Source: a virus
Lineage: Duplodnaviria; Caudoviricetes
DNA length: 64,000 bases
Virus record (IMG/VR): IMGVR_UViG_3300037067_021792
Direction: 5' to 3' (one strand)
Shown: positions 9,932 to 20,562 of the stretch, in pieces
Layout: the number at the start of each line of letters is the position of its first letter
Numbering within the stretch: position 1 is the first letter of the stretch
Notes under the pieces: model-generated
The model's database searches: none
What the model was told of the DNA's origin: nothing
What the model saw: only the letters and a program-made list of their open reading frames with translations
Translations under genes and position numbers: made by a program

Positions 9932-10435
9932 GTGCATATCATGAATATAAAAAAAACTGATTCTGGCCTTTTTGTTATTGAACCGCATGTTTTTGAGGAC
10001 TATCGGGGAGAATATATAGAAATATATAATGAAAATGAGTATCAAATTAATGGCATAGATGTGCATTTTGTACAAGATGACATATCTATTTCTGCTAAAC
10101 ATGTTTTAAAGGGTATACATGGAGATTCAAATACATGGAAGCTTGTGTCTTGTTTGAGTGGTAGAATATATTTAGTTGTAGTTAATTGCGATGTCGATTC
10201 TAAGGACTTTGGAAAATGGGATTCATTCATTATATCTGATAAAAACTACAGACAAGTACTTTTACCGCCGAAATTCGGAAACTCCATATTAACTTTAAGT
10301 GATATATCTGTTTTCCACTATAAACAATCTACGTATTATAATAAGAGCGGACAATTTACATATAAGTGGAATGATCCGAGGTTTGGCATAACTTGGCCAA
10401 TAGATAATCCTATTCTCTCAGAAAGGGACAGATGA
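9932..10435 (+). CDS. rmlC: dTDP-4-dehydrorhamnose 3,5-epimerase family
   Basis: FEDYRG, FVQDDIS, VLKGIHG, KWNDP..ITWP. Confidence 0.85.
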   Translation: MHIMNIKKTDSGLFVIEPHVFEDYRGEYIEIYNENEYQINGIDVHFVQDDISISAKHVLKGIHGDSNTWKLVSCLSGRIYLVVVNCDVDSKDFGKWDSFIISDKNYRQVLLPPKFGNSILTLSDISVFHYKQSTYYNKSGQFTYKWNDPRFGITWPIDNPILSERDR

Positions 10436-11289
10436 CATCTAATACCGGCACGGATCTCAGTTTGGTCTGTCCCACGGCAAGGTCTCGGGAAACTTGTATT
10501 GAAATGTGTAGCTCCATAAAAACAAATCTCAATATTGAAATAATTTTTGTTGGCCCGGTAAACATTTTTTCTGATGGATATAATAACATTCTTGTGGATA
10601 GTGCGGATATTCGAATTCCTTTCAAATTTATAACTACTTCAGTCAGTCCTGTTCAATGTTGGCAGATTGGGATGAATGCTGCGAAAGGTGAAACAGTAAG
10701 TATAACAGGTGATGATGCGACATTCTCTCCATATGCATGGGATAAATCTTATGCAATGTATAAAGATTCCAGTGACTATAAAACAATTGTTTCCCTGAGT
10801 TGGTTTCAACCTCATAAATACATTACGCTTGAAGAATATTCTCGCATCACTTTCATGGATACTCAATTAGAAAATATAGATTCTTCAATGTGGCAAAATT
10901 TTGATAGTAAAATGAAAGAATTTGGGATCCAACTGCCGACGGGATGTTCTGTTATGAGTAGAAAATTCTTTTGTGAGTTAGGAGGATATGATCGCAGATT
11001 TATTAAAAGAAACGCAGAGCGTGATTTATTTCTCAGAGCCATAAAAAATGGTGCAACTGTGAAATATTGTTTAGATGCTCGGGTTTTTGAATGGCGTTCG
11101 CATGTAATAATAAATCCAACTTATTCATCAAAAATTGCATCTCGGGAAGACTCTATGTTGTGCAAAAAGAAATGGAAGATGGAAGATGGGCGTCTTATCC
11201 AAATTATGGTCGATGAGCTGTTTGAATCCGATGAAACATTCCTTATTGTCTCGCAGGGAGCGAAAAATGAAAGTGCTATTGATAAATAA
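10432..11289 (+). CDS. GT2-like glycosyltransferase (paralog of 14335..15138)
   Basis: LSLVCPTAR, TGDD, LGGYDRRF. Confidence 0.65.
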   Translation: MTSNTGTDLSLVCPTARSRETCIEMCSSIKTNLNIEIIFVGPVNIFSDGYNNILVDSADIRIPFKFITTSVSPVQCWQIGMNAAKGETVSITGDDATFSPYAWDKSYAMYKDSSDYKTIVSLSWFQPHKYITLEEYSRITFMDTQLENIDSSMWQNFDSKMKEFGIQLPTGCSVMSRKFFCELGGYDRRFIKRNAERDLFLRAIKNGATVKYCLDARVFEWRSHVIINPTYSSKIASREDSMLCKKKWKMEDGRLIQIMVDELFESDETFLIVSQGAKNESAIDK

Positions 11290-12631
11290 TAAGATGAATC
11301 TTCCCGGGCAGCCCCTGGTTGCGCCGATAGGGTTGCTCTATTTGGTATCCACTCTTAAAAAGAACAATATCTGCGTAAAAATTTTGGATCACAATGTAGA
11401 GAATATTAGTGTTAAAGAATGTCTCATGGACTTTGTTCCGGACTTAGTTGGGATCGGATGTTGTTTTTCTGGGCATATAACCGAAACTCTTGATAACGCA
11501 AGACAAGTAAAAGCTTACGCTAATGTTCCGGTTGTTATTGGGGGAATACATCCCACAATATACTATAAAGATATTATGAAAAACTGTCCAGAAATAGACT
11601 ATATAATATTGGGCGAGGGAGAAATATCCCTGCTAAAGTTATGTAACTACATTCAAAAAAATGATATAAATATAATTCAACAAATAAATGGGATAGTATA
11701 TCGCGCACATAACAACGATGTGGTGGTAAATACTAAGACTAAATATATCGAAAACGTATCCGATCTTCCCTGGCCAGACTATAAGTGTATTAACATTAAA
11801 AATTACTACTATGATACGTCCAATTGGCACAATCCTAAAAGGTTAAACATAAACACATCTTTACCGATAATATCAAGCAGAAGCTGCCCAATGCAATGTA
11901 ATTTCTGCTCTATGTATATATTAATGGGTAAAAAAATTAGAAAAAGGAATCCATATGATGTTGTCAATGAAATAGAATATTTATACAATGAATATGATCA
12001 TAGATATTTTTCCTTTTACGATGATAATGTTAATTTGGACAGGAGACATATCCTTACTATTTGCTCAGAAATAAAGAAGCGAAAATTAAATATTCAGTTT
12101 GATACACCCAATGGAGTTCACGTTAATAGTCTTGATGAAGAAGTGGTTGAAGCTTTGGTTTCTAGTGGCCTTGTCAGAGTGTCGTTGGCAATAGAACATG
12201 GGTCTGAGTATATTAGAAACAAGATAATGGGGAAAAATTTGAGTACAGAAAAAATATACAGCGTAGTAAACATGTGTAAAAAATATCATGATTTATATAT
12301 CAGGACATTTTTTATTATGGGCATGCCAGAGGATACGCGTGAAACACTGCAAAAAACATATGAAATGATAGAAATAATGGATATCGATAAACCCATAGTA
12401 ACAAATGTGGTTCCATTTCCTGGCACTAAATTGTTTGATCAATGTATTAGAGATAATATTATTGTAGGTGTTAATGTTGAAGATCTCTGGAGAAATCCAG
12501 ATGCGTATTTCACTGGAAATAAACAATTCTTTGTGAAACCATATAACATGACTATGGAAGAACTAATATTTTTTAGAAATAAATTTGATTTGCTGATAAG
12601 CCAAAAATTAGACAGGAGCAGAAATTTATGA
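11267..12631 (+). CDS. B12-binding radical SAM protein
   Basis: PIGLLYL, GGIHPT, GEGE, SRSCPMQCNFC; start moved to MKVLLIN behind a GGAG SD. Confidence 0.9.
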   Translation: MKVLLINNKMNLPGQPLVAPIGLLYLVSTLKKNNICVKILDHNVENISVKECLMDFVPDLVGIGCCFSGHITETLDNARQVKAYANVPVVIGGIHPTIYYKDIMKNCPEIDYIILGEGEISLLKLCNYIQKNDINIIQQINGIVYRAHNNDVVVNTKTKYIENVSDLPWPDYKCINIKNYYYDTSNWHNPKRLNINTSLPIISSRSCPMQCNFCSMYILMGKKIRKRNPYDVVNEIEYLYNEYDHRYFSFYDDNVNLDRRHILTICSEIKKRKLNIQFDTPNGVHVNSLDEEVVEALVSSGLVRVSLAIEHGSEYIRNKIMGKNLSTEKIYSVVNMCKKYHDLYIRTFFIMGMPEDTRETLQKTYEMIEIMDIDKPIVTNVVPFPGTKLFDQCIRDNIIVGVNVEDLWRNPDAYFTGNKQFFVKPYNMTMEELIFFRNKFDLLISQKLDRSRNL

Positions 12632-14322
12632 TATCAGTTTTAATACCAGTTCGAGAATCTCGCGAGCAATTTGAACGATGTGTGAACTCATTTTCAATTT
12701 TCTGTTCTAGAAAGGACCAAGTAGAGTTTGTTATAAAAATAGATGCAGACACTAATGACGAAAAGTATGTTAAAAAAATATTGCAGAATAACAGGTTCCC
12801 ATTTGTGATTGTTAAGTCAAAGAGAGGCAAGGGATACTTGGATATGCCAAGGTTTTGTGATGAAATGATAAAAGCATCTCATGGAGAAACCCTGTGGATG
12901 ATGAGTGATGACATTAATATTGTATTTGGTGATTGGGCCAATAGATTATTATCACTAGGGTCGCTGGATGGCATTTATGCGGCGTATGTGAAATATGTAT
13001 CATCTCCGAGTAAACTAGCAAAAGGAAAAAGTAGACTATTCGGGAATGCGTGCCCCATTATTTCCAGAAAACTATACGACAAACTGGGGTGTTGTTCCCA
13101 GAAAGGCGTTCAAATTGACATTTTTATACGTGGAATACTCTCTTTCTTGTACACAAAATATACCGGGTATAACTCTAAAGTCAAAATATTCGATGATATA
13201 GTAGTTGTAAAGACTACGAAAAAATCTGATAGAAAACGAGGGGGAATTTTAGAATACGAGAAGTCGGCACTTACCGCACCGGAATATTTTGAACTAGCGA
13301 GAAAAATTGACGATACTTTGTCGGAAAAGGATATGGCCGAAACCGTGGATTCTATTGATTCCAAAAGGGGGGATATGAGAATTTTAGTGGCAGGTGGCGC
13401 GGGTTTTATAGCGTCTAATTTGCTGTGTAAACTGATACAAATTCCCAATTTCAGAATTAGATCTACCATTCATAACAATCCGCCGCAAGTGAATGATGGC
13501 CGAATTAATTATTATAGATGTGATCTGAGAAACCAGGCAGATTGCTTAAAAGCATGCGAAAATATAGATTGTGTCGTAATGTGCGCCGCGAACACATCTG
13601 GTGCAGCTGTAATAGAACAGAATCCGCTTTCACATGTCACTCCTAATGTTATTATGAATTCCCTCATGCTAGAGGCTGCTTATAAATGTGGGGTTAAAAA
13701 ATTTATATTTCTTAGTTCTAATACGGTGTATCCACCGGGTAATCATGCGATGAAAGAATCTGATTGCGACGGAGATATGTTTGAAAAATATTATTGTGTA
13801 GGATGGATGAAGAGATTTACAGAAATAATGTGTAATATGTATGCAAGCAAAATTCGGAATCCGATGAATACTATTGTAATACGACCAGGAAACTGTTATG
13901 GTGAGTATGATGATTTTGAGTATGAAACGGCTCATGTAATTCCGTCATTAATACGCAAAGCGTTCGAGAGGCAAGACCCATTTGAAGTATGGGGCGATGG
14001 CAAAGATGTCAAAGATTTTATATACGTCGGAGATTTAGTGGATGGAATAATAAAGACAATTACAGATATAAATTCATGTTCTACTATTAATATTGCCGGG
14101 GGAGAGTCATACAGTATTAAGCAGATATTGGAATATATCTTTAATACTTCAGAATTTCACCCGAATGTTGAATTTAATTCAAATAAACCATCGATGATTC
14201 CTGAGCGATATATAGATATTTCTTATGCTAGGTCAATGGGAATTGTTCCACAAATATCATTAGAGGAGGGAATTTCGCGAACTTATAAATGGTATGCATC
14301 GCATATATCCGCAGTAAAATAA
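12628..14322 (+). CDS. Fusion: GT2-like domain plus NAD-dependent epimerase
   Basis: ISVLIPVR...MMSDD N-half; MRILVAGGAGFIAS from 13375, WGDGKDVKDF. Confidence 0.8.
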   Translation: MISVLIPVRESREQFERCVNSFSIFCSRKDQVEFVIKIDADTNDEKYVKKILQNNRFPFVIVKSKRGKGYLDMPRFCDEMIKASHGETLWMMSDDINIVFGDWANRLLSLGSLDGIYAAYVKYVSSPSKLAKGKSRLFGNACPIISRKLYDKLGCCSQKGVQIDIFIRGILSFLYTKYTGYNSKVKIFDDIVVVKTTKKSDRKRGGILEYEKSALTAPEYFELARKIDDTLSEKDMAETVDSIDSKRGDMRILVAGGAGFIASNLLCKLIQIPNFRIRSTIHNNPPQVNDGRINYYRCDLRNQADCLKACENIDCVVMCAANTSGAAVIEQNPLSHVTPNVIMNSLMLEAAYKCGVKKFIFLSSNTVYPPGNHAMKESDCDGDMFEKYYCVGWMKRFTEIMCNMYASKIRNPMNTIVIRPGNCYGEYDDFEYETAHVIPSLIRKAFERQDPFEVWGDGKDVKDFIYVGDLVDGIIKTITDINSCSTINIAGGESYSIKQILEYIFNTSEFHPNVEFNSNKPSMIPERYIDISYARSMGIVPQISLEEGISRTYKWYASHISAVK

Positions 14323-14334
14323 GAAAGGATTAGT

Positions 14335-15138
14335 ATGATACAACTCAGTTTGATATGCCCAACCGCCAGAACGAAAGACGTATGCATGAGAATGATATCG
14401 AGCATCAAAACTGACCTGGATATGGAAATAATTTTTGTTGGTCCAGTCGATTATTTTGGTAAGGAAAAGTTGCATGTTTCTCATAAATTTGTAGTAACAT
14501 CTGTTATGCTTACTCAATGTCTTCAGATTGGAATGCATCATGCAAAAGGAGAAACAGTTGGCATCATAGCTGACGATGAAAGATTCTCTCCCTATGCATG
14601 GGATGAGGCATATTCAATATATAAAGATTCTGGGAACCATAAAACCATAGTATCATTAAACTGGTGGGAACCGGCTTTTGAAAAGCGCACTAAACAATTT
14701 ATCCAAGCGGGAATCGCAATTATAGAGGAGAAAAAAGATACCCCAAAAGGTTGCAGACTATATAATAATCTTAAACCTGTTATAGAGCGTTTTGGAATTC
14801 AATTACCCACAGGATGTTCCGTAATGAATAGAAATTTCTTTTTTGAGCTAGGAGGATACGATGCCAATTTTGTCAGAAGACTAGCTCCTCAGGACCTTTT
14901 TCTAAGGGCAGTGGTGAACGGAGCAATTATTAAGTATTGTGACAAAGGGAGCGTTTTTGAAGACCTCAAAACAAAATTAAGCAAAGAAGCCACTAAGCCT
15001 GCTGCTGCAAGGAAATTTGATGAGGATTTATATGATTCAAAGTGGATATTCAAAGACGGAATATTGAAACAAGTTATAGAAAGTAGATTTTTCGAGTTTA
15101 ATAAATCTATATATACCGTGTCCCAAAGCCGAATGTAA
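14335..15138 (+). CDS. GT2-like glycosyltransferase
   Basis: LSLICPTAR, IADD, LGGYD; close paralog of 10432..11289. Confidence 0.65.
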   Translation: MIQLSLICPTARTKDVCMRMISSIKTDLDMEIIFVGPVDYFGKEKLHVSHKFVVTSVMLTQCLQIGMHHAKGETVGIIADDERFSPYAWDEAYSIYKDSGNHKTIVSLNWWEPAFEKRTKQFIQAGIAIIEEKKDTPKGCRLYNNLKPVIERFGIQLPTGCSVMNRNFFFELGGYDANFVRRLAPQDLFLRAVVNGAIIKYCDKGSVFEDLKTKLSKEATKPAAARKFDEDLYDSKWIFKDGILKQVIESRFFEFNKSIYTVSQSRM

Positions 15139-15166
15139 AAGATCAATTTCAGAAAGTGGGTAGATT

Positions 15167-15844
15167 ATGGTTTTTCTTCCTCAAAAAATGCTCCGCGAAT
15201 GTGTGAGGGGAGTTGTTCAAATTGGTATAGGGAAAAAAGGAGATGAAATAGAGTGGAGGACAGCGGGAATAAGAAATCAAATCTATGTTGAGCCATATAA
15301 AAAATGGTTCAAGAATCTTGTTAGTAGAGTAAATAGAAGCAAAATTCAGGGCGAGAATGTGAAATGCTTTAATGTCGCCATATCTAATATTGATACTTTT
15401 GCCCCATTTTATATATGTAATCAGGGTGATAGTCACTCTCTTTCTCCGCTTTACAAAAACAGGGATATACCATTCCAATGGATGAAAATGAAGAGCACAT
15501 CAGAAGTAAAAGTTCAAACTTTGGATTCATTGGTCCAAGAAAACAACATCGATCTATGCGAATATAATCTGTTACATATTGACACGCAGGGGACAGAGCA
15601 TTTCGTTATCGAGGGAGCAAAAGAATCCCTGAATAATTTCGATATAATAGTCGCAGAAATATCCAAGATAAAAGTCTATGATTATTCAATGCTGTATGAG
15701 GATTGGGAAAATTTTATGAGCAAAAGAGGATTCAGATTCGTTTATTTTCACGAAGTTGAATCAGTGCAGGCCGGAGACGGGGTGTTTGTGCGCAAAGAAT
15801 CTTCTCTGGATTACATAAAATATGTGGAGGATTTGGATGTCTAA
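15167..15844 (+). CDS. FkbM-family methyltransferase
   Basis: YVEP, VQTLD, LLHIDTQGTEHFVIEG. Confidence 0.85.
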   Translation: MVFLPQKMLRECVRGVVQIGIGKKGDEIEWRTAGIRNQIYVEPYKKWFKNLVSRVNRSKIQGENVKCFNVAISNIDTFAPFYICNQGDSHSLSPLYKNRDIPFQWMKMKSTSEVKVQTLDSLVQENNIDLCEYNLLHIDTQGTEHFVIEGAKESLNNFDIIVAEISKIKVYDYSMLYEDWENFMSKRGFRFVYFHEVESVQAGDGVFVRKESSLDYIKYVEDLDV

Positions 15845-16772
15845 AATACTGGGTATTGTCTGCACATATGGATTTGTGGATATGACGAATGATGTCGTTG
15901 AAATGTTGGCATCATGGAAATCGCAAAAAGGAGACTATCAATTAGATGTCGTGGTTTCCGACAACAGATCTAGCGAACAATTTAGGAAAAAATTACATGA
16001 AATATGTAAGGACTATGGATATAAGTGTATACTGACCGATGGAGATTATACTGTTTTTATGACAATGAATCTTGCAATAAAAATATTTGCAAAAGAATAC
16101 GATTATACCATATTTTGTTCTGAGGACATTTTATTTACTACAAGCAATGATATTCAGTTGATGTTGAACGATTTTAATGACCCATCTATAGGATCAATTA
16201 CTACCAGATCTTCTAAAAAATTTATTCCAGATAAGTTCAATGAATACTATGGAGATAAATTTGGGATAACTCTCGATAAAAAAATTAGAGAGCACAACCC
16301 GTCTCCATATATTTTACTGATAAATGAGGTGGTATGCTTATGTATTTGTATGATGAAGAAGGATTTCTTGAAGATGTATAAATATAGGCTGATAGATAAA
16401 TTAGTACACTCTAATTTTGAGCAGCATTTCTTTTTGATGTTAATTGCAGTAGGCATGTCTTGTGGAGTGTGCACCAATACAAGTGTAGAGCACAGGAGTT
16501 TTCCTAAATCCTCGAAAATGGATAGGAAAAAATTTGGTAGCGTAGAAAAGAAAGATTATTGCAATATATTCGATTTGTTTCATCTTGGAAAGTCAATTGG
16601 ATATGGTTTTTCTACAAAAAATGATTTTGAAAAATACCTTCCAGATGAAAAAATGTATAAAAATAATAAACATTTAAATCCAAAAATACTACATAAATTT
16701 TTATTGGATAATCTATTTTTAAATGATAAAACATTTAGTTATGATTTAATTAAATATAAAATATTATGCTAA
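15822..16772 (+). CDS. GT2-like glycosyltransferase (start probably 15837)
   Basis: VVVSDNRS, IFCSEDI. Confidence 0.55.
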   Translation: MWRIWMSKILGIVCTYGFVDMTNDVVEMLASWKSQKGDYQLDVVVSDNRSSEQFRKKLHEICKDYGYKCILTDGDYTVFMTMNLAIKIFAKEYDYTIFCSEDILFTTSNDIQLMLNDFNDPSIGSITTRSSKKFIPDKFNEYYGDKFGITLDKKIREHNPSPYILLINEVVCLCICMMKKDFLKMYKYRLIDKLVHSNFEQHFFLMLIAVGMSCGVCTNTSVEHRSFPKSSKMDRKKFGSVEKKDYCNIFDLFHLGKSIGYGFSTKNDFEKYLPDEKMYKNNKHLNPKILHKFLLDNLFLNDKTFSYDLIKYKILC

Positions 16773-18166
16773 ATATTATATTTGTCATAGATACCCTGAG
16801 CTACGCCGATCATATAGCAATTGCTTGTCTTTCTGCTGTAGCCAAGCAGAAAGGACACATGACTCATTTCTGTTTACTGTCAAATTCGGATCTGAGAACA
16901 CTAGTTTTGAAAATTAAGCCCGATATCGTGGCATATTCCGCTAATGTGTTAAGTTTTAAAAATATTGTCAAAAACCACAAAGATTCCATGTCTGCACACC
17001 AATTCATATCAATATTGGGTGGTCCTCAGGCTACATTTTTTCCGGAATCATTTAGCGAAAGTTGTGTTGATGCATATTGCGTCGGGGAGGGCGAAGAGGC
17101 TTTTGGGGAATTTTTAGATAGAGTTGAAAATAAGGAGTCCTTCGATGACGTTCTAAATCTTATAACAAATAAAAGGTCAAATCCAGTCCGGCCATTGATA
17201 TCGGATTTGGATTTGCTGCCTGCGTTGGACAGAGATTTGATTTTGTCGAATTCATTTTTGGGAAATGTATCAAAAAAGACGTTTTATGCGACGAGGGGAT
17301 GTCCATATGCATGCAGCTATTGTTGTAATAATTACTACCATGATTTATATCGACATAAAGGGAAGACCATTCGACGATTCTCTGTTGAAAGAGTAATCCA
17401 GGAAATAGAGCACGTTAAGAAAAATTATAAAACAGATTTTGTAAAATTTGGGGATGATATATTTGCCATAAGAGCAGACAACTGGATGAGGGAATTTGTG
17501 CAGAAATACAAATCCAGGATTGGACTACCGTTTAACTGTTATTTAAGATTTGATATAGTAACTGACGAACTTCTGACGATGCTCAGCGAAGCTGGATGCT
17601 ATTCTGTACATTTGTCCGTGGATAGCACGTCTCCATATGTTAGAGAACATGTTTTGAACCGGCGGATGAGAAAAAATGTTGATATTGAATATAATTTGTG
17701 CAAAATCCGGAGCCATAATATAAGAACGTGGGTTAACTATATGCTATCTGCACCAGAATCCACTATCCGAGACGATATAAATACTATTTTTATGAGCAAA
17801 AAAGGTAAAGTCACATATACCGCGTATTCGATAACTACTCCGATGAATGGAACAAAGCTGTATGAGGAATCTCTCAGAAAGGGATATATAGATAGTAATT
17901 TTGTAGGAGACATGACTGGGGGTAACGGTTTAACAGAATATTCTTCACCATCCTCTTTGAAGTGTTTTTCTCAAAGAGAGAAAGATATACAATATAATAT
18001 CTATTGTCTCGGTGCCATTGCCGCGAAACTGCCATACTCGCTGCTGTATATTTGCCTGGCCATAATTATACTAATTCCGCCAAATGTATTTTTTCTGAAG
18101 TTAAGAAATTTATACCACAAATTTATGGTAGAGAGATACATATTTAAAGTCGATGATCATCCATGA
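16766..18166 (+). CDS. B12-binding radical SAM protein
   Basis: GGPQATF, GEGE, TRGCPYACSYC. Confidence 0.9.
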   Translation: MLNIIFVIDTLSYADHIAIACLSAVAKQKGHMTHFCLLSNSDLRTLVLKIKPDIVAYSANVLSFKNIVKNHKDSMSAHQFISILGGPQATFFPESFSESCVDAYCVGEGEEAFGEFLDRVENKESFDDVLNLITNKRSNPVRPLISDLDLLPALDRDLILSNSFLGNVSKKTFYATRGCPYACSYCCNNYYHDLYRHKGKTIRRFSVERVIQEIEHVKKNYKTDFVKFGDDIFAIRADNWMREFVQKYKSRIGLPFNCYLRFDIVTDELLTMLSEAGCYSVHLSVDSTSPYVREHVLNRRMRKNVDIEYNLCKIRSHNIRTWVNYMLSAPESTIRDDINTIFMSKKGKVTYTAYSITTPMNGTKLYEESLRKGYIDSNFVGDMTGGNGLTEYSSPSSLKCFSQREKDIQYNIYCLGAIAAKLPYSLLYICLAIIILIPPNVFFLKLRNLYHKFMVERYIFKVDDHP

Positions 18167-18897
18167 ACGCATTAATACAAGTTCCTGAAGATCGTATACA
18201 TATAATACCATTATGGTGTCGTGCCCAGTTTAGGTATAATTTAATAGACGAGGTATTCATAGCCACCAATAGTAAACAAATTATTATTCCGAAAGATCTT
18301 CGCATATCGGAATCTAGGATACACTGTATTTATTTGAATCAAGACATGGATTATGGCAGCAATATGATTTATGCCCTCAATTCTATCCCAGATGAGATAA
18401 TATACCATAGTTGTGAGGACCACATATTAGCAAGAATTCCAGATGCAGAAATCATAAATAATTGCTACAAAGTAATGTTAAAAAATAAAAAGGTGGGGTC
18501 TTTTAGGCTGAATGGGAATAAAATGGTAACGAGCAAGAGAACTTTTAACGGACAATCTCGTCTCAAAAACTACCGCGAATTTTATGCCGAAATTAATGAT
18601 GCCTACAATTACTTATTTGCAATAAGCCCCTCATTTTTTCGAAAGGAATATTTGTTGCAGATTCTCCGCGATGGGGAGAATGCGTGGAAATCGGAAATAG
18701 AAGGGTCACGAAGGGCTCAGCAATCTGATTTTATAAAATTATGTGCCCTAAAAGATCTAGCGTTAATTCATAATTTCATATCAAGGGGAAAAAACAAGGA
18801 TAATGATAGAGCTGAAATGCTGAGAATGATTGAGTTTCAGGGAATTAAGGTTAAAGATTCTGATGAGCGGCATAATCTTATCCACTCTTTGAAATGA
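18163..18897 (+). CDS. Putative glycosyltransferase-like protein
   Basis: YHSCEDH and GENAWKSEIEG segments resemble GT-A proteins in glycan clusters. Confidence 0.45.
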   Translation: MNALIQVPEDRIHIIPLWCRAQFRYNLIDEVFIATNSKQIIIPKDLRISESRIHCIYLNQDMDYGSNMIYALNSIPDEIIYHSCEDHILARIPDAEIINNCYKVMLKNKKVGSFRLNGNKMVTSKRTFNGQSRLKNYREFYAEINDAYNYLFAISPSFFRKEYLLQILRDGENAWKSEIEGSRRAQQSDFIKLCALKDLALIHNFISRGKNKDNDRAEMLRMIEFQGIKVKDSDERHNLIHSLK

Positions 18898-19571
18898 GGC
18901 GCTCCGTTGAATTTTCTACCAGATTTAAAGTGGAATGCGATCAAATTATTCTGTAGAAAAATTGCATAGGTATTTTTTTTAAATATTGTGAATTGTGGCT
19001 TTTGTATTAAATGAAGCCAATTTGGTATTTTCCCAAGTTTGTGCCCGGTTTCAGATTTACCGCGAACGATTCCTCCTGGGTGATTTTTTTCTATTTTTGG
19101 CACGGCCAAAAAATCTACATTATAATCTGTCAATGTTTGCATTTTCCCACAGAATAGCGTGGGATGCGGTAAGTGCGAGCAATTTTTATTACTATTTTCG
19201 GTCGCGATGAACGAACAATTTGATATTTGGTATTCCTCTACCAGTATCTTGTCAAAATTTTTGCACATATGAATATCCGCGTCACAAATAATTGCCAACT
19301 CATCCTGAGGAAGTATTGTTTTTATATAGTTTAGTGCCATAGAATGTCTGACTGACGAATGAACCGAGTCGGGTAAGAAATCATAAAATTTGATTTGGTT
19401 GTTATTTTCTGTATATATTTCTAAGGAGCAACCTTCTTGAGGTATCCACTCTGAATTGTGAACATTGCATACATGTAATATGAAATCTTGAGAACAGTTT
19501 CGCTTGATTGATTCGAAAAGATTATTAATAACCAAAGGAATATTGGAGTTGGTTGTTGCAATATGTAACAT
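18837..19571 (-). CDS. Putative GT-A fold protein
   Basis: HSMALN...IICDAD DxD motif; intact 244-aa ORF. Confidence 0.5.
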   Translation of the reverse strand: MLHIATTNSNIPLVINNLFESIKRNCSQDFILHVCNVHNSEWIPQEGCSLEIYTENNNQIKFYDFLPDSVHSSVRHSMALNYIKTILPQDELAIICDADIHMCKNFDKILVEEYQISNCSFIATENSNKNCSHLPHPTLFCGKMQTLTDYNVDFLAVPKIEKNHPGGIVRGKSETGHKLGKIPNWLHLIQKPQFTIFKKNTYAIFLQNNLIAFHFKSGRKFNGAPHFKEWIRLCRSSESLTLIP

Positions 19572-19594
19572 ATGTATCCTGGTTTAATTTGATA

Positions 19595-19603
19595 CGGTAT
19601 AAT
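19595..19603 (+). promoter_or_regulatory. CGGTATAAT -10-type promoter
   Basis: Recurrent intergenic 9-mer followed by GGGAG SD. Confidence 0.5.
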
Positions 19604-19629
19604 TTAGTTTTCAGGGAGAAATATCCTCT

Positions 19630-20562
19630 ATGGTGCCCAAGGTAATTTATGTAATTCACAGCGGAATTGCAATTCCTTATTTAACATGTATGCTGACGTA
19701 TTTGCACCAAAATGGGAAAATAGATTTGCAACCTATTGGCCTAAAACAGTTTAATGGATTAAATAACATTCCGGAAGATGTGGTTATTATATATCAAACA
19801 TATGCGGACGAGAACCACCATAAATTTGTCAAATGTAAACAAATAATCGATAACACCGATGACATCATTATTAATCATAAAAAAACGATCATCTTTGACG
19901 CCCACGATAGCGGTAGCGTAGATGGATTCAGCAGATTACCAAAACTGCCTCGTATTAAAAATACTCCCAATATACTCAAAATGCAAGAATACAATATTAT
20001 ATCGTCAACAACTTTTCCACTTAAAACAAATATGTGTCCCAAAGATTGGCAAAAAATAGACTTACCCGAATCGGGGGAAAAAAGTATTGATATTTCTTAT
20101 AAGGTTGGTCTCATGGAGGGGTCGGAACATTCGTCAATGTATATCAGGCGCAAAGTACAAGACCTGCTAAACAATTATGTAGATGAAAATCAGGTTAGCA
20201 TGAGTTTGGGTTTTGATAAAAAGATTAGTTATAACCATCATATTGCACAAACAAAAATCTCAGTAAATGTCCCTGGATATGGAGAGGCATGTATAAGACA
20301 TTTAATAACATTGTGCTGTGGATCTTGCATGCTAGCACATGAATCAATCAATAATATAAAACTATTACCCGGGGCGAACTTGGTAGAAGGAGATGATTAT
20401 CTGTCATTTAATCTAGATAATTTCTGTGAGAAGCTGGATTACCTGATCTCAAATCCGCAAGAGATAAAAAGAATATCGGATAATGGTGTAAACAAGTTCA
20501 AAGAAGGATACTCAATAATTAATCCTTCAGAACTGCTGTTAAACTATATAAATGATATGTGA
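19630..20562 (+). CDS. GT-B (CgeB/YkvP-like) glycosyltransferase
   Basis: KISVNVPGYGE..RH...GSCML, EKLDYLISNP..IKRIS. Confidence 0.65.
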   Translation: MVPKVIYVIHSGIAIPYLTCMLTYLHQNGKIDLQPIGLKQFNGLNNIPEDVVIIYQTYADENHHKFVKCKQIIDNTDDIIINHKKTIIFDAHDSGSVDGFSRLPKLPRIKNTPNILKMQEYNIISSTTFPLKTNMCPKDWQKIDLPESGEKSIDISYKVGLMEGSEHSSMYIRRKVQDLLNNYVDENQVSMSLGFDKKISYNHHIAQTKISVNVPGYGEACIRHLITLCCGSCMLAHESINNIKLLPGANLVEGDDYLSFNLDNFCEKLDYLISNPQEIKRISDNGVNKFKEGYSIINPSELLLNYINDM

